DNA of 64,000 nucleotides from an uncultured Desulfospira sp. (GTDB taxonomy: Bacteria; Desulfobacterota; Desulfobacteria; Desulfobacterales; Desulfobacteraceae), in contig OY760175.1 in NCBI GenBank assembly GCA_963663165.1, positions 6,677,035 to 6,741,034 on the forward strand, in the 5' to 3' direction. Position numbers and translations under genes: made by a program. The first letter of the stretch is position 1; the number at the start of each line of letters is the position of its first letter. Below the pieces are notes generated by a model. The model searched no databases. It worked only from the letters and a program-made list of their open reading frames with translations, and had not been told where the DNA came from. Below are positions 38,340 through 50,185 of this stretch, piece by piece.

Positions 38340-39035
38340 TTATTCTTCTGCCGGCATCATGGTGGCGGGATCCAGTGTAAACCGGGAACTGGTCCGTTCG
38401 CCGTCTTTGAGGACGACCGTTTCGATTTTGTTGTCCACGGGGTTCAGGAACAAGGCTTTGTCAAACAGGGCATCATGGGTGGCCAACTGAACCGGAAACC
38501 CGTCTTTATTGAGCCCTTCTTCCCGGTGGCTTTTCATGGCAAACCAGATAGATATGGAAAATTCCTGGTTTAAATCGCTTAATCTTGTGAGCAGTTTTGT
38601 ATTGTCCTGGTCAAAGTTAATGCCGTCCAGGACCATGATGGAGGGAAGGTCCATGCCCACAGACTTAAAGCTGGTGAGATAGTCCTTGATTTTTTCAGTA
38701 TCAAAGGTGTTTTCGTTGTAGCTGATCCCGACCTTGTGGGGATTGATGTCCTCCCAGAGCAGTTCGGCTTTTCTGGGGTCCACATACCCGATGGAATCAA
38801 TCAGGTTGGTGTACCCTTCGGTATATCTTAAGTTGATCTTTTCAATGGTATCTTCCAGGCTCACATGAAGGACTTTCCGGTCATTTAAAAGCTGGGTTAA
38901 GGCAATTTGAACCAGAAATCTTGTCTTGCCGACACCGGCCCTGGACAGGACGGCACCAAACCGGATACCACTGATATTGTCGCAGCCGATTGTCTTTTCA
39001 ACCGGGCTTTTGAGAATGAGGTCTTGTTTTAACAT
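38340..39035 (-). CDS. P-loop (RecA-like) cytoplasmic protein
   Basis: SRAGVGKT Walker A-like, VLHVSL, MVLDG Walker B-like. Confidence 0.75.
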   Translation of the reverse strand: MLKQDLILKSPVEKTIGCDNISGIRFGAVLSRAGVGKTRFLVQIALTQLLNDRKVLHVSLEDTIEKINLRYTEGYTNLIDSIGYVDPRKAELLWEDINPHKVGISYNENTFDTEKIKDYLTSFKSVGMDLPSIMVLDGINFDQDNTKLLTRLSDLNQEFSISIWFAMKSHREEGLNKDGFPVQLATHDALFDKALFLNPVDNKIETVVLKDGERTSSRFTLDPATMMPAEE

Positions 39036-39047
39036 GGGGTCCTCTCT

Positions 39048-41132
39048 TTATTTTTTTTGGGCTTTTTCTTCCTGTTTTTGTTTGATGATCCCTTCGGCCA
39101 CGGACTGGGGAACCTGCTTGTACGTGGAAAATTCCATGGTAAACTGGGCCTTTCCCTGGGTGGCGGATCTTAAGACGGTGGAAAAGCCGAACATATCCGA
39201 CAGCGGGACCTGGGCCTCAATGACCGACATGACCCCTTCTTCCTGGGAACCTTGGATAATTCCCCGTCTCTGGTTGATCAGCCCCATGCAGGAACCTTGA
39301 AATTCGTTGGGGGTTTCAATGACCACCTTCATGATGGGTTCTTTGATCACCGGTTTGGCCTTGGCATAGGCTTCAAGGAACGCGCCCCTAGCTGCCGCCT
39401 GGAAGGCCATTTCAGAGGAGTCTACCGAATGGTAGGCCCCGTCTTCGATGGTTACCCGGATGCCGGTCACCGGGAATTCCAGCCGGGGCCCTTTGGCCAT
39501 ACAGGCTTCAAACCCTTTTTGGCAGGCCGGAATATACTGGGTCGGGATTCTGCCGCCGGTGATCTTGTTGACAAATTCAAACTGGTCTTCATAGGGTTCA
39601 ATAAACCCGGCCACCCGGCCGAACTGGCCGGCGCCGCCGGTCTGTTTCTTGTGGGTGTAGTTGAACACCGCCTTCTGGGTAATGGTTTCCCGGTAAGCCA
39701 CCCGGGGCTGCCCGGTGGTGACCTCGGCTTTGTATTCGCGCTTCATGCGCTCCACATAAACTTCTAAGTGAAGTTCTCCCATGCCCTGGATGATGGTGTC
39801 GCCGGTTTCGTTGTCCACATAGGTTTTAAAGGTGGGATCTTCCTTGGTAAACCGGTTCAGGGCCTTGGACATATTGATCTGGGCCTTGTTGTCCTTGGGA
39901 ACAATGGCCAGGGAGATGACCGGTTCCATCACATGCATGGCCATCATGGACAGGTTGACCCCGGGCGAGGCAAAGGTATCGCCAGAGGCACAGTCAATGC
40001 CGAACATGGCCCCGATATGCCCCGCCGGCACGGAGTCCACATCCTCCATCTGGGAGGAGTGCATCCGGATCAGGCGGCCGATTTTTACTTTTTTGCCGTC
40101 CCGGCTGTTGATCAGGGTGTCCCCTTTGTTGATGCAGCCCTGGTAGACCCGGATATAGGTCAGCTGGCCGTACTGCCCGTCTTCAAGTTTAAAGGCTAAG
40201 GCAACGGTGGGCTTGTCAAAGTTGCTTTCCAGGACAACGGTTTCCTCGTTATTGTCCATGTCAATGGCTTCGTTTTGAATGTCAAGGGGGGAGGGCAGGT
40301 AGTCCACCACGGCGTTAAGCAGGGGCTGAACCGCCTTGTTTTTATAGGCAGACCCCATAAATACCGGGGTCATTTCCCGGGCAATGGTCCCGGTCCTGAC
40401 GGCTGTTTTGACCATCTCTTCGGTAATCTCACTTTCTTCGAGGATCGCATCGGTCAGCTCTTCGGAGAACAATGATACCGCATCAATCATTTCTTCCCTT
40501 GCGGCGGCGGCCTCATCCATCATGTCTTCAGGGATGGGCTTTTCAACCATTTTTTCCCCGTTATCCCCTTCAAAATAGTAGGCCTTCATGGCCACTAAGT
40601 CCACCACGCCTTCGTGCTTGTCTTCAAGGCCGATGGGAAGCTGCATCATAACCGAGTTGTGCCCGAGTTTGTCCTTAAGCTGCCGGGAGACCCTGGCCGG
40701 GTTGGCACCGGACCGGTCACATTTGTTGACAAATGCGATACAGGGGACTTCGTACCGTTTCATCTGCTGGTCAACGGTAATGGACTGGGACTGAACCCCT
40801 GAAACAGAGCAGAGAATCAGCACCACACCGTCTAAAACCCTTAAAGACCGTTCAACCTCTACCGTGAAATCCACATGGCCCGGGGTGTCAATGATGTTGA
40901 CCCCGTAGCCGGCCCACTCGCAATGGGTAGCGGCAGAGGCAATGGTAATTCCCCGTTCCTTTTCCAGTTCCATGGAATCCATAATGGCACCGGCACCGTC
41001 TTTTCCCCTGACCTCATGGATCTGGTGAATTCTATCTGTATAAAAAAGGATTCTTTCTGTAAGCGTGGTCTTCCCGGAATCAATATGGGCACTGATTCCA
41101 ATGTTTCGTACCTTTTTTAAGTCTCTGATCAT
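39048..41132 (-). CDS. fusA: Elongation factor G
   Basis: [47 protein letters not shown]. Confidence 0.98.
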   Translation of the reverse strand: MIRDLKKVRNIGISAHIDSGKTTLTERILFYTDRIHQIHEVRGKDGAGAIMDSMELEKERGITIASAATHCEWAGYGVNIIDTPGHVDFTVEVERSLRVLDGVVLILCSVSGVQSQSITVDQQMKRYEVPCIAFVNKCDRSGANPARVSRQLKDKLGHNSVMMQLPIGLEDKHEGVVDLVAMKAYYFEGDNGEKMVEKPIPEDMMDEAAAAREEMIDAVSLFSEELTDAILEESEITEEMVKTAVRTGTIAREMTPVFMGSAYKNKAVQPLLNAVVDYLPSPLDIQNEAIDMDNNEETVVLESNFDKPTVALAFKLEDGQYGQLTYIRVYQGCINKGDTLINSRDGKKVKIGRLIRMHSSQMEDVDSVPAGHIGAMFGIDCASGDTFASPGVNLSMMAMHVMEPVISLAIVPKDNKAQINMSKALNRFTKEDPTFKTYVDNETGDTIIQGMGELHLEVYVERMKREYKAEVTTGQPRVAYRETITQKAVFNYTHKKQTGGAGQFGRVAGFIEPYEDQFEFVNKITGGRIPTQYIPACQKGFEACMAKGPRLEFPVTGIRVTIEDGAYHSVDSSEMAFQAAARGAFLEAYAKAKPVIKEPIMKVVIETPNEFQGSCMGLINQRRGIIQGSQEEGVMSVIEAQVPLSDMFGFSTVLRSATQGKAQFTMEFSTYKQVPQSVAEGIIKQKQEEKAQKK

Positions 41133-41526
41133 TTTGTTTATGTCCTCTTGAATAAAAAAATTACCCGCAGCAATAAATCGCCAAAACTATCAAAGGCATT
41201 GCTCTATAATATTTTTACTAAATTATGATTACGATTTTATTAAATTTGGACTTTAATCAACTTATACATTTTATATTTTATTAAAAGGTGTGTCAAATAC
41301 ACCTTTGAACGAATATTGTCAATATATATTTTTAATATTGCATTTAATCAACAAATTTATTACTAAGGTAGTGGATGCCCCATATATGATGCCCCATATA
41401 TAAAGTTAAGTTCCGTTTAACGCTCATGGGCCGATCTGGAGGTTATCTTCAGGCCTTTCACAACAACATGAATGAAGGATGCCTTAGCCCCTTTCCAGGC
41501 GCTTTCATTATAAACTGATCTGGAGT

Positions 41527-42609
41527 ATGGTTTTGAAAAAATACCTTATCTTGATTGTCAGTATTCAGATGATTCTTTTAACCTTTATCTGGGCACTTCC
41601 CGGGTTCGCCGCCACTGAAAAAGAACTGTTTGAAAAAGGGGTGGCCCTTTTAAAAGCGGAAAAGTATCAGCAGGCAGTGGAGACCTTCACCAAGGTCATT
41701 GAAATCCTGCCTAATGCGGCAGACGCCTATAAGAACCGGGGCGTTGCCTATATGAAACAGAAAAGATATGACCTTGCCGTGGCTGATTTTTTAAAAACCC
41801 TTGAGATCCAGCCGGAATTAAAGGGGATCTATTCCAACATGGGGGTGGCCCGGTATTACCAGAGAGATTATGCCAAGGCCATTGAAAATTACAACCAGGA
41901 GCTGGAAAAATCTCCGGGCAGCTACTTTACCTATTTTAACCGGGCCATCTGCTGGTCGGAACTTAAACAATATGACAAAAGCCTTGCCGATGTGAATAAA
42001 ACCCTTGAGATTGTACCGGATTTATACCCGGCCATCTGCATGAAAGGGGACCTTTACGTCAAGATGGGGCAGATGGATAAGGCCAAACAGTCCTATGAAC
42101 AGGCCATTGAGGTCAGCCCTGACCAGACCTATGCCAAGACCCGTATGGCTGAATTACAGCAGGCTGACTCCCGGGCCAGAGTGGCCAGCCAAACCCCTCC
42201 TGCTGCAGAGGCGGCATCTAAAGAACCATCGGATCAGGGATCTCCCGGGGTGATGGCAATGCCTTCAAGCCCGAAACCGGCCGCTCCCCCGGCAACGGTT
42301 GCCGCCAAAACCGTTCAACCCAGACCAGATCAGGGCGGCAATGTATCGGGCCAGACCGGCACGGGCAGAGTCTATGAGCTTCAGACCGGGGCCTACCGGG
42401 TGGAGGAAAACGCCAGGGCGACCCTTGAAAAATTAAAGGAGATGGGCATTGATTCCAGGATCGTGGTCGCGTCTTCAAGCGACGGCAAATCCTGGTATAT
42501 GGTCAGAGCCGGAAGTTATCCCACCTATGCTTCAGCCAAGGAAGCAAAGACCTCTTTTAAGGAAAAGACCGGTATGGACACGGTGGTGAAATCAGCCATC
42601 AACCAGTAA
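41527..42609 (+). CDS. TPR plus SPOR domain periplasmic protein
   Basis: Signal peptide, about five TPRs, Pro-rich linker, YELQTGAYR...WYMVRAGSY SPOR domain. Confidence 0.88.
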   Translation: MVLKKYLILIVSIQMILLTFIWALPGFAATEKELFEKGVALLKAEKYQQAVETFTKVIEILPNAADAYKNRGVAYMKQKRYDLAVADFLKTLEIQPELKGIYSNMGVARYYQRDYAKAIENYNQELEKSPGSYFTYFNRAICWSELKQYDKSLADVNKTLEIVPDLYPAICMKGDLYVKMGQMDKAKQSYEQAIEVSPDQTYAKTRMAELQQADSRARVASQTPPAAEAASKEPSDQGSPGVMAMPSSPKPAAPPATVAAKTVQPRPDQGGNVSGQTGTGRVYELQTGAYRVEENARATLEKLKEMGIDSRIVVASSSDGKSWYMVRAGSYPTYASAKEAKTSFKEKTGMDTVVKSAINQ

Positions 42610-42618
42610 CCTCAATTT

Positions 42619-42656
42619 TAAACACGCCCCGTCAAAACGGGGCGTGTTTTCTTTTT
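42619..42656 (+). terminator. Intrinsic terminator
   Basis: aaacacgccccgt-caaa-acggggcgtgttt followed by a T-rich run. Confidence 0.8.
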
Positions 42657-42681
42657 CGCACCCTTTCAGGACAATCTAACC

Positions 42682-43995
42682 ATGGGCATTTACAATGCGG
42701 TCAGTTTCTGCGGGATTTTTATCCTGATTTTTTTGATGTGGGGGATTTCAAGATTTGTCTTTAAAAACAGGGCCCGGGTAAATATTAAGCTGCTTTGCTG
42801 GGGCATCGCCCTTCAGCTGGCAGTGGCGGTTTTTCTGTTCCTTGTGCCGGCCGGGGTGGTTTTGTTTCAGGCCGTCAACGACGTGGCCATCAAGATCCTT
42901 GAGACCTCTTCTCAGGGGATTGAATTCGTCTTTGGTCCCCTGGCCCTGCCGCCGGGCCGGCAAGGGTCTTTGGGGTTTATCCTGGCCTTTCAGGGATTTC
43001 CCACCATTATCTTTTTTTCCGCCTTAATGTCCGTGCTGTATTATTATCCGGTGCTGCCCTTTGTGATCCGGCTGTTTGCCGGGATTTTTACCCGGTTAAT
43101 GAAAATATCCGGGGCCGAGTCCCTGTGTGCGGCCGGTAACATTTTTGTGGGGGTCGAGTCGGCCCTGGCCATCAAACCTTATATTGAAAAAATGACCCGG
43201 TCTGAGCTGTGCACGGTCCTCACCGCCGGCATGGCCACGGTGGCCTCTAATGTCCTGGCCCTGTACGTCTTCACCCTTCAAGAGCAGTTTGCCTCCATTG
43301 CCGGCCATTTGATTTCCGCCTCTTTTTTATCGGCCCCGGCCGCTCTGGTCTGCTCCAAACTGATAATGCCGGAAACCGGTACACCAGAGACTTTAGGAAT
43401 GAATGTCGACGTTCATTATGAGCGGGACAACAGTCTGTTTGAGGCCATTATCAGCGGGTCATCAGCAGGCATTAAAGTGATTTTATCCATTTCAGCCCTG
43501 CTCATCGCCGTTTTAGGTCTGGTGGCTCTGGCGGACCTGTTTCTTAAATTTATCGGGGATATCCTGGGGCAGATGGCCGGTTTTGAATTTAATTTGTCGT
43601 TAAAAAATATTCTGGGCTTTGTGTTTTATCCCCTGACCCTGGTCATTGGCGTGCCCATGGAAGATGTCCCCCTGATTTCCAAAATTATCGGGGAACGGCT
43701 TATCTTAACGGAAGTGGCCTCTTACAAGGATCTGGCCCTGGCCTTGGCCCAGAACAGCCTGGTTCACCCAAGGTCCGCCGTGGTGGCCTCCTATGCCCTG
43801 TGCGGATTCGCCCATGTGGCGTCCATGGCCATTTTTGTGGGGGGATTGACGGCCCTGGCACCGGACCGGACAAGGGATGTGAGCAGCGTGGCCGTTAAGG
43901 GGCTGATTGCCGCCACCTTTGCCTGTTTGCTCACGGCCTGTGCCGCCGGCACCTTTTATGTGGACGGCGGCCTGCTCTTAGGGGGGCAGGGATGA
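42682..43995 (+). CDS. CNT/NupC-family nucleoside transporter
   Basis: FPTIIFFSAL, SGAESL...NIFVG, MTRSEL, GMATVA, YALCGFAH. Confidence 0.92.
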   Translation: MGIYNAVSFCGIFILIFLMWGISRFVFKNRARVNIKLLCWGIALQLAVAVFLFLVPAGVVLFQAVNDVAIKILETSSQGIEFVFGPLALPPGRQGSLGFILAFQGFPTIIFFSALMSVLYYYPVLPFVIRLFAGIFTRLMKISGAESLCAAGNIFVGVESALAIKPYIEKMTRSELCTVLTAGMATVASNVLALYVFTLQEQFASIAGHLISASFLSAPAALVCSKLIMPETGTPETLGMNVDVHYERDNSLFEAIISGSSAGIKVILSISALLIAVLGLVALADLFLKFIGDILGQMAGFEFNLSLKNILGFVFYPLTLVIGVPMEDVPLISKIIGERLILTEVASYKDLALALAQNSLVHPRSAVVASYALCGFAHVASMAIFVGGLTALAPDRTRDVSSVAVKGLIAATFACLLTACAAGTFYVDGGLLLGGQG

Positions 43996-44687
43996 CTCTG
44001 AACGGCCCGGAGGGGTTCACCCGCCACCTGGAAAAAGGGCTGGCCAGGGCAGGCCTTTGCGTCACCGATCAGCAGATGGACCTGATGGCGGCCCATGCCG
44101 CAGAACTTTTGGCCTGGAACAAAAAGATCAACCTCACCGCCATTACCCGGCCGGACCAGGTGGCGGAAAAGCATTTTGTGGATTCTCTCATAATCGCAAA
44201 GATGATGCAGCCCCTGACCGCGGTGCTGGATATAGGGTCCGGCGGCGGGTTTCCGGCCATCCCTTTAAAAATCGTCCTTCCCAAGATTCGTTTTATCCTG
44301 GTGGACAGTTCCAGAAAAAAAGTCAACTTTCTCAAGCATGTGATCCGGACCCTGGGCCTTGACGGGATTGAGGCGGTTCACGCCCGGGTGGAGGACCTGC
44401 ACCAGGACCCGGAATACGAAGGGCAGTTTGACGCGGTCATATCAAGGGGTTTTGCCAGCCTTGAAAAATTCGCAGACCTTTCCCTCCCGTTCCTGAATCC
44501 CGGCGGGATCATCCTGGCCATGAAGGGCCCTAACGGCGTGGCAGAGATCACCCCGGATCTGGAGACCCGGTTTGAAATTCAGATAGATTCATACCAGCTT
44601 CCCTTTGAGAAATCCGATCGGTGCCTGATTCAAATGGCGGACGGACAAGAGACAAGAGACAAGAAACAAGAGACAAGAAACAAGTAG
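43992..44687 (+). CDS. rsmG: 16S rRNA m7G527 methyltransferase
   Basis: WNKKINLTAI, HFVDSL, LDIGSGGGFPAIPL, KKVNFL; the tail is encoded by a heptamer tract. Confidence 0.95.
   Translation: MTLNGPEGFTRHLEKGLARAGLCVTDQQMDLMAAHAAELLAWNKKINLTAITRPDQVAEKHFVDSLIIAKMMQPLTAVLDIGSGGGFPAIPLKIVLPKIRFILVDSSRKKVNFLKHVIRTLGLDGIEAVHARVEDLHQDPEYEGQFDAVISRGFASLEKFADLSLPFLNPGGIILAMKGPNGVAEITPDLETRFEIQIDSYQLPFEKSDRCLIQMADGQETRDKKQETRNK
44644..44684 (+). repeat. Heptamer tandem tract (GACAAGA/AACAAGA)
   Basis: gacaagagacaagagacaagaaacaagagacaagaaacaag; same heptamers as inside the long modular repeat. Confidence 0.85.
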
Positions 44688-44688
44688 G

Positions 44689-44760
44689 GTAGAGTGGGCA
44701 AAAGCGCAGCGTTGCCCACCATTGACGCAAACGGCGGGCACAAAAAGCGTGGGCCAGCAC
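44689..44760. repeat. GTAG-type REP-like hairpin with a degenerate partner
   Basis: GTAG-a-gtgggcaa...ttgcccac followed by ggcgggcacaaaaagcgtgggcc. Confidence 0.45.
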
Positions 44761-44832
44761 GCTGTCCTGACGGTGTCGGCCCTGACTTTTCAGGTCAGGG
44801 CCGATGGGGTGACGAGGGGTATCTTTTTTCTA

Positions 44833-45393
44833 TTAGTTCTTTCTGCGGACTAATGCGAGAACACCAACGGCCGAACCTAAGAGCAGGAAACTGCCGGGTA
44901 CGGGAACGGCTGCTGTTTCGACGGTCAGGGCAACCTTGTCAAAGGTAAAGGCGGCAGAAGATAACCCGGAAGAGTATTCTGTGTCCCCAAACTCCAATTT
45001 AAAATCAATGGTTGTGCCGGTTATATCTGCCGTGGTTAGGGTAAAAATGTCAGTCTTTTCTGAAGTAGACCAGAACGTTAAGCCAAGCCAGGCCTCATTT
45101 ATTCTTGTTGTGGCTATCTGGAGTGACTGCCCTGCCCCAAGGGTAACTTCAAGGGTTATCGATATGATGTCATCAAGGCTTGACAGAGATGCACCCGAGT
45201 CTGAAGCAGAAGATAAATCGAAAGAATAATTCACTGCTGACACCAGGTTCCCTTCATTGATGCCTGCAGTATCTTCCGCGACTACCGTGATGTCATCAGG
45301 ATCATAGGTCCAGGTGCAGATATCGGCTTGGGCAGCAGCCGAGATTCCAAGAATAAAACAAACAACAGCGCAGGTGCATAAAAACTTTTTCAT
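44833..45393 (-). CDS. PEP-CTERM/VPLPA-CTERM-type surface protein
   Basis: Signal peptide, Ser/Thr/Asp-rich body, C-terminal VPVPGSFLLLGSAVGVLALVRRKN. Confidence 0.85.
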   Translation of the reverse strand: MKKFLCTCAVVCFILGISAAAQADICTWTYDPDDITVVAEDTAGINEGNLVSAVNYSFDLSSASDSGASLSSLDDIISITLEVTLGAGQSLQIATTRINEAWLGLTFWSTSEKTDIFTLTTADITGTTIDFKLEFGDTEYSSGLSSAAFTFDKVALTVETAAVPVPGSFLLLGSAVGVLALVRRKN

Positions 45394-45498
45394 TTTCCGT
45401 TGAGCTCCTTACTTTTTTGGGTCAAAGGGGTGATTTTCATTAAACAATATCTAATCGTTTTTCAATCGCTTCTAAACTATTCTTGACGACTTTTCTAA

Positions 45499-45516
45499 TG
45501 CAATATTCGCGCCCAG
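45499..45516 (-). promoter_or_regulatory. Sigma-54 promoter of the PEP-CTERM-type gene
   Basis: Minus strand ctgGGcgcgaatattGCa (GG-N10-GC). Confidence 0.55.
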
Positions 45517-45731
45517 TTGATTGAATGCTGGCTAAAAAAAGAATAACCATCTGAAATTCGATAAAATACCAATGAACTGATGCCGGTGTTATGGCCTTTT
45601 AAATTCAGGGCGAGACAGGAAGAAAGGTAAAAAAGGTTATAATAGTGGGAAAAAAAAGTGATAATAATAGGTAAATTTTTTCATACTGAAGAGATCCTGA
45701 ATTTTGCCGCGCGGCCGATACCAGGCTGTGC

Positions 45732-45928
45732 ATGTGGACAGAGTGGACATGGTGGACAGAAGTGGACCTGGCCAGGGCTTTGATCTGTCCGCAAAGTCCA
45801 CCTCGTCCACTTTGTCCACCAGAAATTTTGCGGATTAAACACCGCCCTCACCAGGTCAAGGGAATGCGCAAACCCTGCGGATTCGCAACTCCGGTCTCCC
45901 GTTTCCGGTCTTCGGTCTCCATTCTTCC
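45732..45928. repeat. Inverted ~9-mer tracts (gtggac.. / gtccac..) followed by a heptamer pyrimidine tract
   Basis: gtggacaga gtggacatg gtggacagaa gtggacc opposite gtccacctc gtccacttt gtccacc; then ctccggtctcccgtttccggtcttcggtctcc. Confidence 0.65.
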
Positions 45929-46014
45929 GCCTTGATATTCCTTGACTTTCCAGGTGCCAACCATTAAAAAGAAAAGTTTGATATTTATAATAAAAATCAC
46001 CCCGTGGAGGAATA

Positions 46015-48813
46015 ATGGATTATAAAAAAACACTTAACCTGCCTTCAACCTCGTTTGCCATGAAGGCCAACCTTCCGGCCCGGGAACCGGCCATGCTCAA
46101 AGAGTGGGAAGATAAAAAAATTTATGAAAAACTCAGAGAACAATCCAAAGACAGGCCAAGCTTCATCCTCCATGACGGGCCTCCCTATGCCAACGGCCAC
46201 CTTCATATCGGGCACGCCATAAATAAGATATTAAAGGATGTCATTGTCCGTTCCCGGCAGATGATGGGATTTAACGCCCCCTACGTACCGGGATGGGACT
46301 GCCACGGCCTTCCCATTGAGCATAACGTGGACAAAAAACTGGGTAAAAAGAAAAAAGAGATGACACCGGTTCAGGTGCGGCAGGAGTGCCGGGCCTATGC
46401 CGCCAATTTTGTGGACATCCAGAGAGATGAATTCAAGCGGTTCGGCGTGGCCGGGGAATGGGATGATCCCTACCTGACCATGAATTATCCTTATGAGGCG
46501 ACCATTGCCAGGGAATGCGGGGAATTCGCCCTGTCCGGGGACATGTTTCTTGGCAAAAAACCCATTTACTGGTGCTGTTCATGCGAGACCGCCCTGGCTG
46601 AGGCGGAAATTGAATACCATGACCATACGTCACCGTCCATCTATGTCAAGTTCCCCTTCAAGGAAGACTTATCCGGCCTGGTGCCGGGAATCGGATCCAA
46701 AGAGGTGTTTATCGTCATCTGGACCACCACCCCCTGGACCCTGCCGGCCAACCTCGGGGTCTGCCTCCATCCGGATTTTGTCTACTGTGCCGTGGAGACC
46801 AAAGAACACGGGGTCCTGATCATGGCCCGGGAACTGGTTGAAACGGTCATGGAAACCTTTGGCTTTACCGGGTATACCATCTTAGGGGATATTCAGGCCG
46901 CAGATCTTGAAAACAAAAAGTGCCGCCATCCCTTTTATGACCGGGATTCTTTGATTATTTTAGGCAACCACGTCACCCTGGACGCCGGTACCGGATGTGT
47001 CCATACGGCCCCCGGCCATGGGGCCGATGACCATATCGTGGGAAACCGGTACGGCCTGGACTGCTATTCTCCGGTAGAGGACAACGGGGTGTTTTCCCCT
47101 GATGTGGACCAATTTGCCGGCCAGTTTATCTTCAAGGCCAATGAAGCCATTATTGAGCATATGACTGGGCTTGGGGTCCTGATCAAAAGTCAGGACATGT
47201 CCCACTCCTATCCCCATTGCTGGCGGTGCAAAAAACCGGTGATTTTCCGGGCCACACCCCAGTGGTTTATCTCCATGGACAAGCTGGGACTGCGCCAAAA
47301 AAGTCTGGAAGAGATCAACAACGTTCAATGGATCCCGTCCTGGGGAAGGGAGCGGATTTTTTCCATGATCGAAAACCGGCCGGACTGGTGTCTGTCCCGC
47401 CAGCGCTCCTGGGGGGTTCCCATTCCCGTGTTCCACTGCAAATCCTGCAAAACGGTCTATGTGACGCGGGAGTCCGTGGATAAGATCCACGCCCTGTTCA
47501 CTGAGCACTCTTCGGATATCTGGTTTGAAAAGGATGCTGATTTTCTCATGCCCGAAGGCGCGGCCTGTGAGAAATGCGGCTCCACCGAATTTACCAAGGA
47601 CGCCAATATCCTGGATGTCTGGTTTGACTCCGGGACCAGCCATGCCGCGGTGTTGATGGAGCGGGAAGGGCTGTCCCGGCCGGCCGACCTTTACCTTGAA
47701 GGCAGCGACCAGCACCGGGGATGGTTTCACTCCTCCTTGCTCACCGCCGTGGGCCGGACCGGAAAGGCCCCTTACAAGGCCGTTCTCACCCATGGGTTTG
47801 TGGTGGATGAAAAGGGCAATAAAATGTCCAAGTCCGTGGGCAACGTGGTGGCCCCTGAGAAGGTGATCAAGCAGTACGGGGCCGATGTATTAAGGCTCTG
47901 GACGGCATCCGCGGATTACCGGGGGGATGTGAGTATTTCCGACAACATCATCCGGCAGCTGTCCGATGCCTACCGGCGGATCCGGAACACCTGCCGGTAC
48001 ATGCTGGGCAATTTCTACGATTTTGATTTTAAAACCCAGGAACGGCCGGTGGCCGGCATGGGCGAACTGGACCGGTTTATCCTCCACAAGCTTCACCGGG
48101 TAGTCCGGATCTGCCGCAAGGCCTATGACGACTATGAATTTCACATCATCTACCACACCCTTCATAACTTTTGCGTGGTGGATCTGTCGGCATTTTATCT
48201 GGATATCATCAAGGACCGCCTTTATGCCTCTCACCCGGATGACCCGGCAAGACGGGATGCCCAGACGGTCATGGCCCTTATTCTCGATGCCCTGGTCCGG
48301 CTGATGGCCCCCATTCTGTCCTTTACGGCAGAGGAGATTTATCAGCTCATGCCGGTCAGGGGAGATAAGAAAGAAAGCGTTCACATGGAAGATATGGTTG
48401 CGCTGGACCCGGCCTGGGAAAACCAGGAACTTGCCGACAAATGGGAGCTTATCCTGGGACTGCGCACAGAAGTCACCAAGGCCCTGGAAGAGGCCAGAAA
48501 AGGCAAACTCATCGGCCATCCCCTGGATGCGGCCGTTGATATCAAGCTTACCGATACAACATTAAAAGCGGTGGTGGAAACCCTTCCCGAATCATTAAGC
48601 GATATTTTTATTGTGTCCCAGGCACAGCTGGTGGCTGATCTGCCGGCTGACAGCTTTAAGGGAAAAGAGATTGCGGGACTTGAAATTTGCGTCAGAAAGG
48701 CCAAAGGGGATAAATGTGAGCGGTGCTGGCGGTTTGACCCGAGTACCGGGGCGCATCCGGATTATCCGGGCACCTGTCAGCGGTGTTCACAGGTTTTGGA
48801 AAAGATGGGTTAA
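46015..48813 (+). CDS. ileS: Isoleucine--tRNA ligase
   Basis: [38 protein letters not shown]-terminal Zn finger. Confidence 0.98.
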   Translation: MDYKKTLNLPSTSFAMKANLPAREPAMLKEWEDKKIYEKLREQSKDRPSFILHDGPPYANGHLHIGHAINKILKDVIVRSRQMMGFNAPYVPGWDCHGLPIEHNVDKKLGKKKKEMTPVQVRQECRAYAANFVDIQRDEFKRFGVAGEWDDPYLTMNYPYEATIARECGEFALSGDMFLGKKPIYWCCSCETALAEAEIEYHDHTSPSIYVKFPFKEDLSGLVPGIGSKEVFIVIWTTTPWTLPANLGVCLHPDFVYCAVETKEHGVLIMARELVETVMETFGFTGYTILGDIQAADLENKKCRHPFYDRDSLIILGNHVTLDAGTGCVHTAPGHGADDHIVGNRYGLDCYSPVEDNGVFSPDVDQFAGQFIFKANEAIIEHMTGLGVLIKSQDMSHSYPHCWRCKKPVIFRATPQWFISMDKLGLRQKSLEEINNVQWIPSWGRERIFSMIENRPDWCLSRQRSWGVPIPVFHCKSCKTVYVTRESVDKIHALFTEHSSDIWFEKDADFLMPEGAACEKCGSTEFTKDANILDVWFDSGTSHAAVLMEREGLSRPADLYLEGSDQHRGWFHSSLLTAVGRTGKAPYKAVLTHGFVVDEKGNKMSKSVGNVVAPEKVIKQYGADVLRLWTASADYRGDVSISDNIIRQLSDAYRRIRNTCRYMLGNFYDFDFKTQERPVAGMGELDRFILHKLHRVVRICRKAYDDYEFHIIYHTLHNFCVVDLSAFYLDIIKDRLYASHPDDPARRDAQTVMALILDALVRLMAPILSFTAEEIYQLMPVRGDKKESVHMEDMVALDPAWENQELADKWELILGLRTEVTKALEEARKGKLIGHPLDAAVDIKLTDTTLKAVVETLPESLSDIFIVSQAQLVADLPADSFKGKEIAGLEICVRKAKGDKCERCWRFDPSTGAHPDYPGTCQRCSQVLEKMG

Positions 48814-48824
48814 GTGATTGAAAG

Positions 48825-49319
48825 ATGGGATTTTCCTTGGAAACTTTCCGGCTTGTTCTGGTCAGTGGGGCGGTTATCCTCATTGACCAGATCACCAAGT
48901 ATCTGATTGCCCTCTATATCCCGTTGTATACCCGCATCCCCGTGATCGACCATTTTTTTGACTTAACCCATGTGCTGAACCCGGGCGGGGCTTTCAGTCT
49001 GCTGGCAAATCAGCCGGTCTGGGTCAGAAAAACGGTCTTTTTGTTTTTATCATCCCTTGTGGCGTTATTTGTCTTGTGGTTTTATAAAAAAACTGCAAAA
49101 ACAATGACATGTTTATCCTACGGTCTTGCCCTGATTTTCGGCGGGGCCGTGGGGAATCTCATTGACCGGTTCAGATACGGAAAAGTTCTGGATTTTCTGG
49201 ACTTTTATATTGGATCGGCCCACTGGCCGGCGTTTAATGTGGCAGACAGCGCCATCAGTATCGGCATGGTCATCCTGGTGTATCATGTCATGTTTAATAA
49301 AATCCCGAATATGAATTAA
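48825..49319 (+). CDS. lspA: Lipoprotein signal peptidase II
   Basis: DQITK, NPGGAFS, GAVGNLIDR, FNVADSAI. Confidence 0.96.
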   Translation: MGFSLETFRLVLVSGAVILIDQITKYLIALYIPLYTRIPVIDHFFDLTHVLNPGGAFSLLANQPVWVRKTVFLFLSSLVALFVLWFYKKTAKTMTCLSYGLALIFGGAVGNLIDRFRYGKVLDFLDFYIGSAHWPAFNVADSAISIGMVILVYHVMFNKIPNMN

Positions 49320-49414
49320 CTTAGGCCAAAAGGCGCAAGGTGTATGGGCCAAAGTTTTTAATTTTTTGGCCTGAATCCCTTTTAAGCCCGCAAGGCCTGA
49401 AGAAAGGCAGTTTA

Positions 49415-50185
49415 ATGCATCCCATACTCATCGACATCGGCGGGATCAGGCTTCATACGTACGGTCTTTTTGTGGCGTTAGGGTTTATGACGGCCCTCTG
49501 GTTTTCCAAAAAAAACGGTAAATTTTACGATATTAACGGACAGGACTTAAGCGACCTGTTTTTTGTCATTTTGATTTTTGCCATCATCGGGGCAAGGCTG
49601 CTGTATGTGATGGTCAGTTATAAAACCTTTGTGTCCAACCCCCTTGAGGTGTTCAAGATCTGGAACGGCGGCCTGGTTTTTTTCGGCGGGTTTATTGCGG
49701 CTGTCGGGGCGGCCGCGGTAACGCTAAAGAAAAAAGGGCTACCCGTGTGGAAGACCGCCGATGTGGTCTGTCCGGGCATTGCCCTGGGCCATGCCGTGGG
49801 CCGAATCGGCTGTTTTTTTGCCGGCTGCTGTTACGGCAAACCGTGCAGCCTTCCCTTTGCCGTTAAGTTTACCAACCCTGAAAGCCTGGCCCCCCTCAAT
49901 ATCGGGCTGCATCCCACCCAGCTGTACATGGTCCTGTCCAACCTGATTTTGTTCTTTATCCTGGTGGGCCTTCAGCGCCATAAACGGTTCCACGGCATGA
50001 TATTTCTGGTATATGTCATGCTGTATTCGGCCTTCAGGTCCGTCATTGAGACCCTCCGGGGGGATTTTCGGGGGGATTTTTTCTTTGATTTCATGTCGGT
50101 CTCCCAGGGCATCGGGCTTCTGGTCTTCCTGGTATCCCTTGTTCTGATCATCCGGTTGTCCCAATCCGCCAATGGCCGTCATTAA
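49415..50185 (+). CDS. lgt: Prolipoprotein diacylglyceryl transferase
   Basis: GARLLYV, IWNGGLVFFGG, GRIGCF, HPTQLY; start set at ATG 49415. Confidence 0.95.
   Translation: MHPILIDIGGIRLHTYGLFVALGFMTALWFSKKNGKFYDINGQDLSDLFFVILIFAIIGARLLYVMVSYKTFVSNPLEVFKIWNGGLVFFGGFIAAVGAAAVTLKKKGLPVWKTADVVCPGIALGHAVGRIGCFFAGCCYGKPCSLPFAVKFTNPESLAPLNIGLHPTQLYMVLSNLILFFILVGLQRHKRFHGMIFLVYVMLYSAFRSVIETLRGDFRGDFFFDFMSVSQGIGLLVFLVSLVLIIRLSQSANGRH

Noticed and set aside
41374..41401. 14-bp tandem duplication GATGCCCCATATAT
   Set aside because: Two copies only; no further support for a function.
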